Virus record (IMG/VR): IMGVR_UViG_3300020179_000036 | Location: 1-58,560 of that record | Direction: 5' to 3' (one strand) | Source of the DNA: a virus | Lineage: Duplodnaviria > Caudoviricetes | DNA: 58,560 bases | Part shown: one piece after another, positions 1 to 8,943 of the stretch | Layout: each line of letters starts with the position of its first letter | How positions within the stretch are numbered: position 1 is the first letter of the stretch | The notes under the pieces: generated by a model | Told to the model about the DNA's origin: nothing | Database searches by the model: none | The model's input: only the letters and a program-made list of their open reading frames with translations | Position numbers and translations under genes: made by a program

Positions 1-3000
1 TCCTCCTGCGCCCCCTGCTCCCCCCACGCTTGTCCAGGCACCTGTGCCGGATGACGAATGGGCTCGTCGCTTTGCAGAGCAAATCCAAGCCAACCGTGCA
101 GCTATTGATGCCGGTGAGATGACTATTGACGATCTGCTGGCTAATAACATCCAGAAGATTGAGTCGCCCTCTGGTGCCACCACGTATCAACCTGTCCAGC
201 CACAGGCCATGGTTGAGGGCTACCGGTCTTGGAGCGACTTGGTAAGTCGGTCTGATGCCACCGGCATTCGGACAATGACTGACGAGCAGATTGCCAGTGA
301 TACAGCTGCATGGCTTGCAAGAAACAACTACAGCACCGAAGCAGTATTTGAAAACTTGAAGCGCCTGAGCGGCCCGTTGTCGGCCTACAAAGAAAACCTA
401 GTTGCCATGCGCTCAATGGCCTTGTTGGTTGACAGCACAAACCTGGAAGCAGGTGTTGCTGCCAACCGCTGGCTCAACAGCGTTGTGGACGAAGCTGCCG
501 ACATGGGCCAGTTGACTGCTGAGCTGGTGACTGCCGCGGCCAAGCAGGATCGTGCCAACCGTGCCTTTGAATCTGTTACTAGACCGTTGGGTCAGTTGCT
601 GCGTAGCACCCAAATACCACGGCCTGAGCCTGGCTCTGTTCCGTTTAAGGACGGCGACGCAGCTGCTGCTGTGGTCGATGTTGAGGTGGTGCAACCTGGT
701 AAGAGCATTGGCGCTGACTTTGAAAAAGAGCTGGCCAAGGACCAAGAAGAGCTGATTGCTGACACCATCGGCGCCAAGATCAGTCCCGAAACTCGTGAGG
801 CCATTGTCACTGGCCAATACGACAACCCCAAGGTGATTGAGGAGCTGCAAGCCCTAGCTCTCAACATGGCGCAAGGCGCCGTTACACCTGGCTTTAGCCA
901 AGGCTTTTATTCCAAGATGAACAAAAGCGTAGGCCTTGGAGCGGAAGGTCTAATGATGTACCGCTCCAGCCAGCTGTTGTCATCAGGCGTCACCTTGTGG
1001 GGCAACGTTATTAACAGCGCCCTGCGCACGGTGGAACTGCCGTTTACGCAAGCTGTAGGTGCACTGGTCACTGGCAACCCACAGCGGGCTAGCCGGTCGT
1101 TAATGATCTACGGCCAATACGTCAGCAATTTGGCTAACGCTTTCCGTATGGGCGTGGAGTCGTTCAAGGTAGGCCGCGGCCTCTTTGACCTAGACCGCAG
1201 CCAGGTGGACTTCTTGGACCGCTTGGCAAAGCAAGATGCCAATGCCGAACTTATTGATACTGCTGCTAAGGGCGAATGGAACCTAAACACCTTGCCTTGG
1301 GTGTCAGTGCAAGACAGAAACAACTGGGCCATAGCGCAAAGGCGACTGTGGCAAACCCTTAATCTCAGCAGCCGCTTGCAAGTATCTGTTGACTCTGCCT
1401 TCAAAACCATGGTGGGCCAGTCGTTTGAATACGTGCGCAACCTGCAACCTGGCCTTGATCACGCTGCCCGCCTAGGGCTTGTTAACAACAGCAAGGAGGC
1501 TTGGCGGTTTGCACAGGACTATGCGCAGGCTGCAGTAGATCGCCGCCTGCAAGACGTTGTGATCGACGGCAAAACCATTCTTGATGGCGTCATGGATAGC
1601 CCCCATGCGCAAACTGCGACTAGGTGGGCCACTTTTACCGACGACATCTGGGCAAGCATGGAGCCGCGCACTATGCAGCGGGGCATGGAAATTGCCGAAG
1701 CCAAGGGTTTTAGAGATGCAGAAGCTAAGGCTTACGCCGAGGAATATGTAAACAAGGGCCCTGTGGGGGTTTTTGGAGAGCGCGTTTCTGACGTTCCGTT
1801 CTTTGCACGTACTTTCAGCGTGATGCCAAAGCTTTGGCAGACAGGCCTGGACTCAAAAGCAGCCCCCTTGTTTGCCCTAATACAGCCCTTTAACCGCACT
1901 CCTGGAGACATTATTAAGTCGGCGGCTCGCAAGACGCCACTGGCTCCTTTGGTAGATACGTGGTGGCGAGATGTGTTTTCTGAGGATGCCATGACCCGTG
2001 ACCGGGCATATGGCGATGTAGCGACTGGTGCTGCTGCTATCGCTCTGCTAAGTATTGCTGCAACTCATGGCCGCATACAGCTCACGGGTGGTGGCCCTGT
2101 TAACCCAGACGCAAGGCGCAAGTGGCTAGAGCAAGAAGGTAAGCAGCCGTATTCTTTGCGGTTCCGCACAGGAACTGACGAGAACGGCAATCCAATCTTT
2201 ACCGATTGGATCAGCATGCGAACTTTAGAACCTTTCGCGTCTTTGTTTGGAGGCTTAGCTGACTACCAAGAACTTGCGAACAAAGTGAGCACGGAAGCCC
2301 GTGAGCGCATGGGCTCAGCAATAATTATTGATTTTATAACTGCAGTAGGCCTTGGCCAAGTAAATAAGTCGTACTTTCAGGGTGTTATGGAAATTTACGA
2401 AGCGGCCATGAGCGCGGGCGAAACTGACATTGGCCCCAACCGGAGGCACCCCACCGCCCGTTACCTTGAGCGCCTTGTAGCAAGTCTCCTGCCTGGCAGC
2501 AGCGCACTACGTGCTGGCCGTCGCCTTGCCGACCCTACTGCCCGAGAAGTCGAACCCAGCAACAACCCCAACTTGGCGATGCGGTTGTTTGAGGAAACCG
2601 CAAGCGAAATTAAAAACATGATCCCTGGGTGGTCTGAGTCCCTACCTCCCAAGCGCAACTGGATTACGGGAGATCCCGTTATCCTGAGCGGCGTGTGGGG
2701 CGATTCGTTCCTGCCAGCTGATCAACCGTGGCTTGCGTCGTTGCTGCAGCTAAGCCCTGCGTCGCCATTCCAGCTAAAGCGTGACCCTGGAGAAGCAGTG
2801 CTGCGAGAGATGGGTCAACTTGCTGGCCGCGGCGCTGGCTTTGTTGGGCCCAGGTCCACAGACTTTACTAATGGCGGAACAATTAAGGACAACCGCTTGA
2901 GCCCTGTTGAGTTTGAGCAGTACATCCTGGCCATCAGCCGTACACCCGATCAGTTCGGCAGAACGCTGCTGCAGGCACTGGATGAAGAAATAAAGAGCGA

Positions 3001-3244
3001 CCTGTACCAGCAGAACCCACAGGGCCAACCCAGTGAACGAGTACCAAGCCTGCGCGTTGCTGCTTTGAACACCGTGATCAGCAAGTACCTGGCGCTAGGC
3101 CGCGAGACCTTCCTTACAGGGCCTTACGGCGTGCGGCTAATGGAGAACAAGGACTACTCCGAAGGAGCTAACCGTGACGTCCAGTTTCGGCTTAAATACG
3201 GTCAAGAGATTGACCCACGGTCCTTCATAGAGGCTCTGCGCTGA
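1..3244 (+). CDS. Internal virion (ejection) protein, gp16-like, phage X; 5'-truncated
   Basis: Frame is open from position 2, >1066 aa, directly upstream of the tail fibre. It shares motifs with 39873-43202 (ATFTDD/VTFTQAL, PYSL/PYSF, RNWITGDP/RDWLGDR). Confidence 0.75.
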   Translation, partial: PPAPPAPPTLVQAPVPDDEWARRFAEQIQANRAAIDAGEMTIDDLLANNIQKIESPSGATTYQPVQPQAMVEGYRSWSDLVSRSDATGIRTMTDEQIASDTAAWLARNNYSTEAVFENLKRLSGPLSAYKENLVAMRSMALLVDSTNLEAGVAANRWLNSVVDEAADMGQLTAELVTAAAKQDRANRAFESVTRPLGQLLRSTQIPRPEPGSVPFKDGDAAAAVVDVEVVQPGKSIGADFEKELAKDQEELIADTIGAKISPETREAIVTGQYDNPKVIEELQALALNMAQGAVTPGFSQGFYSKMNKSVGLGAEGLMMYRSSQLLSSGVTLWGNVINSALRTVELPFTQAVGALVTGNPQRASRSLMIYGQYVSNLANAFRMGVESFKVGRGLFDLDRSQVDFLDRLAKQDANAELIDTAAKGEWNLNTLPWVSVQDRNNWAIAQRRLWQTLNLSSRLQVSVDSAFKTMVGQSFEYVRNLQPGLDHAARLGLVNNSKEAWRFAQDYAQAAVDRRLQDVVIDGKTILDGVMDSPHAQTATRWATFTDDIWASMEPRTMQRGMEIAEAKGFRDAEAKAYAEEYVNKGPVGVFGERVSDVPFFARTFSVMPKLWQTGLDSKAAPLFALIQPFNRTPGDIIKSAARKTPLAPLVDTWWRDVFSEDAMTRDRAYGDVATGAAAIALLSIAATHGRIQLTGGGPVNPDARRKWLEQEGKQPYSLRFRTGTDENGNPIFTDWISMRTLEPFASLFGGLADYQELANKVSTEARERMGSAIIIDFITAVGLGQVNKSYFQGVMEIYEAAMSAGETDIGPNRRHPTARYLERLVASLLPGSSALRAGRRLADPTAREVEPSNNPNLAMRLFEETASEIKNMIPGWSESLPPKRNWITGDPVILSGVWGDSFLPADQPWLASLLQLSPASPFQLKRDPGEAVLREMGQLAGRGAGFVGPRSTDFTNGGTIKDNRLSPVEFEQYILAISRTPDQFGRTLLQALDEEIKSDLYQQNPQGQPSERVPSLRVAALNTVISKYLALGRETFLTGPYGVRLMENKDYSEGANRDVQFRLKYGQEIDPRSFIEALR

Positions 3245-4668
3245 TGGCTTACTCCTACGTCACCTACACGGGAAACGGCGCCACGACCCAGTTTGCGGTG
3301 CCGTTTGGATACATCCGTAAGGAACACATTGAAGTTTCTTTGAACGGGACGGTTACCGCAGCCTTCACCTGGGTTACCAACGCCACCATTCAAATGAACA
3401 CCGCTCCCGCCAACGCGGTAGTGGTCAAAATTTTACGGATCACCCCAGTCAACGCATCGCTAGTCAATTTCACTGACGGCAGCACGCCGGTTGCTAGCGA
3501 CTTCAACACGACTAACACGCAAGGCCTGTACACCAACCAGGAATTGCGGGACATATCGGACAGCACAAACGCCCTGTCAAGCCAAGCGGTAACGGCAGCG
3601 CAAAACGCGACGAACACAGCCAATAGTGCGTCAGCTTCTGCGGCATCTGCGGTTTCTACAGCTAACAACGCAAACAGCACAGCGCAATCAACTATTGCTA
3701 CAGCAAACACAGCTAGCGCAAACGCTGCGGCGGCAGTTAGCACAGCCAACAATGCATCAGCAGCTGCTGCAGCTGCAGTTAATACGGCTAACAATGCCTC
3801 TGCTGCAGTTGGAGCTGCAACTACAACTGCCAATAACGCAGCGGCTGCTGTGGCGGCAGCTACTTCTGCGGCAAACGGAGCTGTTAATACCGCAAACGCG
3901 GCCAATGCCACAGCAAATACAGCACTAGGCAACAGCCAAACAGCAATTACTACAGCCAACAACGCCTCCACTGCGGCAAGTAACGCAACGACTACCGCTA
4001 ACAACGCTTCTGCTACCGCTAACAACGCTTCTACAGCAGCAAATAACGCTGTTGGCACAGCAAACTCTGCAGCAGCTGCTGTAGCCAATGCACTTCTCTA
4101 TGACGTCGTTGCCAACGTAGCTGCAATACCAGCCAACCCTGCAAACAACAAAGCTGTTGAAGTAACAAACAGCTCAAACATTCAAGCATTTTCGCCACTT
4201 GCGGGACTGCCTGCAGGCTTTGTTGGAGCTAGTGGCCTGAGCGTGCGGATTGTTTATTCAACTGCAGGCGCGACGTGGAATTTTATTCAGTATTTCCCTA
4301 ACGATCCAGAAAACCGTTACTTAAAATTATCTGGCGGCACTTTGACTGGCGCTATTACTGGAACACAAACTGGCAACATTATTCCTTTTTATTTTAATAC
4401 TTACGCTGGACTGCCATCGGCATCTACTTACCACGGTGCCGTTGCTCACGCTCATGACACCGGAGGGTTGTACTACGCCCATGGCGGGCAATGGGTCCAA
4501 CTGGCGGTGGCTGGAGCTTCTGCAGGGGCAATTATTGAAAATCAACAAACGATCAATAGTAGCTACACCTTGTCAGCGGGCTACAATGGCTCATCAGTAG
4601 GACCTGTTACGGTAGCCGCTGGGGTTTCGGTGACAGTTCCCGCCAATGCCGTCTGGGCAATTCTCTAG
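3244..4668 (+). CDS. Tail fibre protein (T7 gp17-like N-terminal adaptor, Ala/Asn/Thr coiled-coil shaft)
   Basis: N-terminus YTGNGATTQFAVPFGYI...RITP is typical of the gp17 attachment domain. ANNAS/ANTA repeats follow, and the gene is in the expected position. Confidence 0.9.
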   Translation: MAYSYVTYTGNGATTQFAVPFGYIRKEHIEVSLNGTVTAAFTWVTNATIQMNTAPANAVVVKILRITPVNASLVNFTDGSTPVASDFNTTNTQGLYTNQELRDISDSTNALSSQAVTAAQNATNTANSASASAASAVSTANNANSTAQSTIATANTASANAAAAVSTANNASAAAAAAVNTANNASAAVGAATTTANNAAAAVAAATSAANGAVNTANAANATANTALGNSQTAITTANNASTAASNATTTANNASATANNASTAANNAVGTANSAAAAVANALLYDVVANVAAIPANPANNKAVEVTNSSNIQAFSPLAGLPAGFVGASGLSVRIVYSTAGATWNFIQYFPNDPENRYLKLSGGTLTGAITGTQTGNIIPFYFNTYAGLPSASTYHGAVAHAHDTGGLYYAHGGQWVQLAVAGASAGAIIENQQTINSSYTLSAGYNGSSVGPVTVAAGVSVTVPANAVWAIL

Positions 4669-4670
4669 CC

Positions 4671-5999
4671 ATGGCTTACGGATCGGTCAAAGTTGATTCC
4701 ATTGTGACTAGCACGCAGGTCATCAATACTGATGACTTGGTTGCTAAGACACGTACCGTCAGCCCCGGCACGGGTTTGACTGGCGGTGGCGATTTGTCTG
4801 CCAACCGCACCATCAGTGCTGATGTGGCAACGCAAGCTGAAGCCGAGGCCGGCGCGGCTGCAAACAAATTGATGACGCCGCAGCGCACAGCGCAGGCGAT
4901 TGCTTTGTTGTCGCCGGCTCCGGTGTTTGCCTCGCAGGCCGAAGCTGAAGCTGGCTCGGCATCCGACAAAGTGATGTCCCCGCTGCGCACAGCGCAGGCG
5001 ATTGCAGCTTTAAGTGGCGGCGCTGTCTACTACAACCGCAGACCTCCTCTGCATCGCGGCTCGCTGTTTTACAAGACGGCTGCAACCACAATCAGCGTGG
5101 TGGCCGGTGCTGTGCTTAACGGCAAGCTCTACGCCACGGCAACCGCTGTGACGATGCCTGCCAGCTTTACCAACAACAGCGACTACGCCATTTGGCAGCA
5201 CCCCAGCACTGGTGCTTTGGTGGCTGACGCCAACTACACAACAGCACCTGCTGGCGCCACTGGCGGCTCGATTGTTGGCGGCTTCCACTACGTCCCTAGC
5301 GGGCGGCCAACGGGTTTTAATAACACCTCCCCAACAGGTAGTGCCGAAATCCTGGAGTTCAGCATTTTTGATCTGACTTATCGCCCCAGCTGCCCAGACC
5401 CTCGCGGAATGGTTTGCATCAACGATGCGTTTTGGATTGACATCTATTTGGCAGGGGCCACCAGCTATGCCGGCAGCACGTTCTCTGCTGTCCCCAGCAG
5501 CAAGATCGGCCTGACCATTGCTGATGGCAGCAGCTACGCCCTGGTGCCCGCTCAGTACGGCGGCAACGGCAGCAGCAACTACGGCAGCTTTACCTGGTAC
5601 GAAGCCTCAGAAATGGCTGCCAGCTTTGGCAAGCGCCTGCCGTTCTATGCCGAGTTTGCAGCGGCTGCGTTTGGTGCTCCAGAGGCCGGCAGCCGTGGCT
5701 CTGACGCAGGCACGGTGCAGTGGGAGCGAATTAGCAAGTTTGGTTTGGCCCAGGCAACGGGCGTCATGTGGCAGTGGGGCGCAGACACCTCTGGAAACGG
5801 CTCTGGCGGCTCCTGGTCGGCCAACACTGAGGGTAGAGGCAGTGTGTATTCGACCGATGCCCGCGCCGTCCTCCTCGGGGGCTACTGGAACGACGGGGCC
5901 TACTCCGGGTCTCGTTACGCCGTCTGGGACACCGGTCCCTGGGCCTCCGCCAACGGCCTTGGGGCGCGTTTTGCGGCTGGGCACCTGGTACTTGGATAG
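4671..5999 (+). CDS. mtd: DGR target: Mtd-like receptor-binding protein (C-type lectin fold, C-terminal VR)
   Basis: DPRGMVCINDAFWIDIYL, GVMWQWG and a terminal LLGGYW..GSR..W...GARF..HL motif resemble Bordetella phage BPP-1 Mtd. The VR lies at the 3' end. Confidence 0.9.
   Translation: MAYGSVKVDSIVTSTQVINTDDLVAKTRTVSPGTGLTGGGDLSANRTISADVATQAEAEAGAAANKLMTPQRTAQAIALLSPAPVFASQAEAEAGSASDKVMSPLRTAQAIAALSGGAVYYNRRPPLHRGSLFYKTAATTISVVAGAVLNGKLYATATAVTMPASFTNNSDYAIWQHPSTGALVADANYTTAPAGATGGSIVGGFHYVPSGRPTGFNNTSPTGSAEILEFSIFDLTYRPSCPDPRGMVCINDAFWIDIYLAGATSYAGSTFSAVPSSKIGLTIADGSSYALVPAQYGGNGSSNYGSFTWYEASEMAASFGKRLPFYAEFAAAAFGAPEAGSRGSDAGTVQWERISKFGLAQATGVMWQWGADTSGNGSGGSWSANTEGRGSVYSTDARAVLLGGYWNDGAYSGSRYAVWDTGPWASANGLGARFAAGHLVLG
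5863..5979 (+). repeat. DGR variable repeat (VR), copy 1
   Basis: 117-bp match to TR 6435-6551 with 19 substitutions, all opposite TR adenines. Confidence 0.97.
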
Positions 6000-6001
6000 G
6001 A

Positions 6002-6015
6002 GGCGCGACAGCGCC
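6002..6015 (+). promoter_or_regulatory. DGR target-recognition hairpin downstream of VR/IMH
   Basis: GGCGC-GACA-GCGCC stem-loop with a GRNA-type loop just after the mtd stop codon; repeated at 46120-46133. Confidence 0.7.
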
Positions 6016-6023
6016 GACTGCAA

Positions 6024-6419
6024 ATGACCAACAAGCGAGCCTCCGCAGATCCTTCTAAGGAGGCTCATGGCCTTTACATGGTGGAAAAATACGAGCGGGT
6101 CATTGACTACCTTTACCCACTTGCGCAGACAATTCCACGCAAGCACGGCACCTTTCGAGAGCTGCTAATTCGGCAGCTTTTTTTGGTGGCCGAGCACCTT
6201 AACGACGCCATCAAGGCCAACCAGCTTAGCCGCTGCTATGTACTCGACGGCAGCCTTGGCCAGCTCAGGCTGTTGCTGCGGTTCATGGTTCATCACAAGC
6301 GCAAGCTGATAACAGAGCACCAACTGGAAACCGCTCAGGCCCTAGCAGGCGAGGTGGGCTCCATGCTTGGCGGCTGGATCAAAAGACTGCAGGAACAGAA
6401 AAAAAGTGCAAAGCTGTAG
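6024..6419 (+). CDS. avd: DGR accessory variability determinant
   Basis: 131-aa basic helical protein between target and TR, with C-terminal EVGSMLGGWIK typical of Avd. Confidence 0.92.
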   Translation: MTNKRASADPSKEAHGLYMVEKYERVIDYLYPLAQTIPRKHGTFRELLIRQLFLVAEHLNDAIKANQLSRCYVLDGSLGQLRLLLRFMVHHKRKLITEHQLETAQALAGEVGSMLGGWIKRLQEQKKSAKL

Positions 6420-6434
6420 GCGGGCTTGATGGGA

Positions 6435-6551
6435 GCGCCGTCATCCTCGGGGGCAACTGGAACAACGAGGCCAACTCCGGGTCTCGTAACGCCAACTGGA
6501 ACAACAATCCCTGGAACTCCAACAACAACATTGGGGCGCGTTTTGCGGCTG
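6435..6551 (+). ncRNA. DGR template repeat (TR), copy 1
   Basis: AAC-rich copy of VR (13 AAY codons, 29 adenines) between avd and RT. Confidence 0.96.
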
Positions 6552-6706
6552 TGGCCACTGCTAAACACCACTTGGCTCTGCTGTTTCTCCGGGGCAGTAG
6601 GCCGGTGCCAACCAGGTGCCAGCCATCAAGTCCAGCTTCGGCAAACTCAGGGCCGAGTGGTGGCAATGGCAGGGAGTAGCTCGTCGAAACCTGCCGCTAC
6701 CTTCTA

Positions 6707-7681
6707 ATGGGCAAAAAATTTCGCAATCTCTACGAACAGATTTATCAGTGGGATAATTTGCTTGCAGCCTACGCAGAGGCAAAGCGCGGCAAAACTTACA
6801 GCAGTTCCTATTTACGTTTTAAGGAGTACTACCTAGCCAATTTGCGCCACCTTCAGTTGCGATTGATTGAAGGCGGCTGGAGACCCGATCCGCAGTTGGA
6901 GTTTGAAATTATTGATCCCAAGAAGCGAATGATTGCCTGCCAAAGTTTTCGTGATCGCGTGCTGCACCACGCCCTGATACAGGTGGTCGGGCCGATTCTT
7001 GACGCCGCGATGATGCCCCAGGTGTTTGCCTGCCGGGTCGGCTTGGGTACGCATCGCTGTGTCACCCGAATGCAGCAGTTGATGCGGCAGAACCCTGATG
7101 CGTGGCTGCTGCACGTGGACTTCAGCAAGTTCTTTCCCACCATTCCCCAAGACCTGCTACTGGCCCACTTGGGCAAGAAGCTCACCTGCCAGCGCACGTT
7201 GCTGTTAATTGAGCAGGTACTAAGCGTGCAGCCCACTGGCGTGCCGATTGGGGCGCTCACCAGTCAGACCTTTGCCAACTATTGGGGCGGCAGGCTGGAT
7301 CGTTTTATCGCATTTAAAGGCATTGGCAGTTTTGTGCGTTACATGGATGACGCGGCTGTGATTGTGAGCAGCAAAGCCGATGGACTGCAACTTAAAGATG
7401 AGATTTGCTCTTTTGTTGCCAACGAAATGGGGCAGCGGATTGGCAAGTGGAGTTTAGGCCCCGTGAATCGCGGCATCACCTTTTGCGGTTTTCGCATCCG
7501 CCGCAAGTACAAGCTGATCAAGCGACAGTCCATAATCCGCCAACGGCGCAAACTCAAGGTGCTGCTTAAGCACCAGGACTACGAAGGCTGGCGCCATTCG
7601 CAGATTGCTTGGATGGGCCACGTGCGCCATGGTGATGGACAGAATAGTCTTGTCCACCTAGGGCTTGCATTACCATGCTGA
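6707..7681 (+). CDS. brt: DGR reverse transcriptase
   Basis: FRDRVLHHAL, DFSKFFPTI, GVPIGALTSQ and RYMDD motifs; 324 aa with no maturase or endonuclease domain. Confidence 0.96.
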   Translation: MGKKFRNLYEQIYQWDNLLAAYAEAKRGKTYSSSYLRFKEYYLANLRHLQLRLIEGGWRPDPQLEFEIIDPKKRMIACQSFRDRVLHHALIQVVGPILDAAMMPQVFACRVGLGTHRCVTRMQQLMRQNPDAWLLHVDFSKFFPTIPQDLLLAHLGKKLTCQRTLLLIEQVLSVQPTGVPIGALTSQTFANYWGGRLDRFIAFKGIGSFVRYMDDAAVIVSSKADGLQLKDEICSFVANEMGQRIGKWSLGPVNRGITFCGFRIRRKYKLIKRQSIIRQRRKLKVLLKHQDYEGWRHSQIAWMGHVRHGDGQNSLVHLGLALPC

Positions 7682-7926
7682 TCGTCAACACCCCCTCCGA
7701 CTTGGCAGCTGCAGAAGTTGGCACCGAGCGGACGGCTTTTCTGAACAGCCTGCTGAATGACTACATCGTTTTTGATGACGCGGCCTATCCCGAAGGCTAT
7801 GACCGCAATCTGAAGGAAGGCGATGAAGGCTTTATTGCTCCCGTTATTCGCCAAGAATGGAACGCAGGCGCTGCTGCTGGCTGGGGTTTCGCCAGCCGAG
7901 AGCAGATCGAGGCATTGCTGAATTAA
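7675..7926 (+). CDS. Small protein coupled to the DGR RT
   Basis: Overlaps the RT stop codon; conserved in copy 2 (47793-48041) with mostly synonymous changes. Confidence 0.75.
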   Translation: MLIVNTPSDLAAAEVGTERTAFLNSLLNDYIVFDDAAYPEGYDRNLKEGDEGFIAPVIRQEWNAGAAAGWGFASREQIEALLN

Positions 7927-8165
7927 TGGAAAAGCCGTTGTCGCTACTTGGTGCTGCAGTCGCAGTCCTTACTGCGATTGTCGGCACCACAGTGGCGATT
8001 GATTCGCGTTACGCCAAGTCTGCGGAAGTGCAACAGCAATTTTGCGAGGCACGGAAGCAGCAGCTGCGTGACCGAATCTTTGAACTTGACCTGAAGCCTG
8101 ACAAATCACCTTCGGACAAGGCGCTCAAGGAGTACCTCAAGCAGCAGCTAAGCGATGCCTGTTAA
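7926..8165 (+). CDS. Small membrane-anchored protein (phage Y)
   Basis: ATG at 7926 overlaps the upstream stop; hydrophobic N-terminus LLGAAVAVLTAIVG. Confidence 0.6.
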   Translation: MEKPLSLLGAAVAVLTAIVGTTVAIDSRYAKSAEVQQQFCEARKQQLRDRIFELDLKPDKSPSDKALKEYLKQQLSDAC

Positions 8166-8292
8166 GAGCAAGGCTGGTACAGCCAAGATCGAGCACGTAT
8201 CCCGTGCGGCCTACAAAAAGACCAGTATTGGCAACTCCGTCAGGACAAAGGCCAAGCCTGGGCATAAAAAAAGCAGGGGTCAGGGGCACTAA
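8155..8292 (+). CDS. Small basic protein ending in RGQG
   Basis: MPVKSK...KKSRGQGH; homolog MAVKSK...KKLRGQGR at 48041-48175. Confidence 0.65.
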   Translation: MPVKSKAGTAKIEHVSRAAYKKTSIGNSVRTKAKPGHKKSRGQGH

Positions 8293-8318
8293 GCCACCTA
8301 ACCACCTGCAGTGCTGCC

Positions 8319-8471
8319 TTATTTTTTCTTGGCTGTCTTAGCAGAATCCTTAAAGTCCTTAGCGCTTGGAGCGCCTTTGGACCCAGGTTTCCGCATCTGC
8401 TCACCAGAGCCAGAAGCGATGCGTTCACGCTTGGCGTGGATGTTGGCGTAAAGGCCTTTTTTAGAAGCCAT
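8319..8471 (-). CDS. Small basic protein (KKGLYANI.AKR family)
   Basis: 50 aa; close homolog at 48906-49061. Confidence 0.8.
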   Translation of the reverse strand: MASKKGLYANIHAKRERIASGSGEQMRKPGSKGAPSAKDFKDSAKTAKKK

Positions 8472-8473
8472 GG

Positions 8474-8524
8474 TCAACACCCCTTTTTGCCGCCGCCCTT
8501 GCCGCCCTTGCTGCCTTTTTTCAT
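8474..8524 (-). CDS. 16-aa Lys/Gly micropeptide MKKGSKGGKGGGKKGC
   Basis: Same length and position in phage X (49063-49113, MKKGGKGGKGGGKKGY) with synonymous changes. Confidence 0.6.
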   Translation of the reverse strand: MKKGSKGGKGGGKKGC

Positions 8525-8639
8525 AAGTTTGTAGCGTCAACAGTCCAAGGCTATCTGCGCTTTGCCGTAGCGCAAATCCAGTAATAGCAAGCGTTTGCGT
8601 AGGCATTGCGAATTGGTAGGCTGACGCTGTACGCAGAAC

Positions 8640-8897
8640 TTGCTCGTGGTTGAGGTCGCTGCCGCGGTGTTAGGCGCCGCCATTACAGTCAGCGCCATGG
8701 GCGTAGGGGCCTTGGGGGCACGCGGCAGGGAGGGGAGGGACGCTCTGATTCGTTTGGCTTCCAGTGTGGACAACGTGGCAGAACGCCTTGAACAGTTGCA
8801 CGAGGACATCAGGAGTGACCGCAAGGAGTTCTTTTCTCGCCTAAACAATGTTGAGCAGCGTGTTGCTCGGCTTGAGGTGCCCGGCCCGCACATTTGA
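8640..8897 (+). CDS. Membrane/coiled-coil protein in the lysis region
   Basis: Hydrophobic N-terminus plus coiled coil; homolog at 48227-48472. Confidence 0.7.
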   Translation: MLVVEVAAAVLGAAITVSAMGVGALGARGREGRDALIRLASSVDNVAERLEQLHEDIRSDRKEFFSRLNNVEQRVARLEVPGPHI

Positions 8898-8921
8898 CAC
8901 AGTTCTCCACGTGTGTAGCGT
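8894..8921 (+). promoter_or_regulatory. Sigma70-like promoter with an operator in the spacer
   Basis: TTGACA (8894-8899), 16 bp, TAGCGT (8916-8921); operator motif TCTCCACGTGTGTAGC at 8904-8919. Confidence 0.55.
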
Positions 8922-8943
8922 TAGGTGGTGAGATCCCTGCGCT

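Larger units (their letters stand above)
4671..7681 (+). mobile_element. Diversity-generating retroelement, copy 1 (target-VR / avd / TR / RT)
   Basis: Canonical BPP-1 gene order, adenine-specific TR/VR mismatches, and an RT with GxxxSQ and YMDD motifs. Confidence 0.97.
3721..7886. repeat. Copy 1 of a ~4.17-kb direct repeat (distal tail fibre plus DGR cassette)
   Basis: Matches 43839-48004 at offset 40118. Scattered SNPs at 3721-4396 and 7719-7886; no differences seen in 4397-7718, where the six-frame ORFs are identical. Confidence 0.95.

Noticed and set aside
3390-4088. Long antisense Ala/Val ORFs (also 43397-44176)
   Set aside because: Shadows of the repetitive tail-fibre codons.
3600-4090. 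Tandem repeats as a CRISPR array
   Set aside because: They are in-frame coding repeats with no constant repeat/unique spacer pattern, and there are no cas genes.
6426-6707. 93-aa ORF over the TR (and its copy at 46544-46825)
   Set aside because: It coincides with the TR and spacer RNA, has low-complexity Thr/Pro translation, and its sequence is explained by TR function.
6707-7681. RT as a group II intron, retron or Abi RT
   Set aside because: Short RT with the GxxxSQ motif, adjacent avd and an adenine-specific TR/VR pair identify a DGR.
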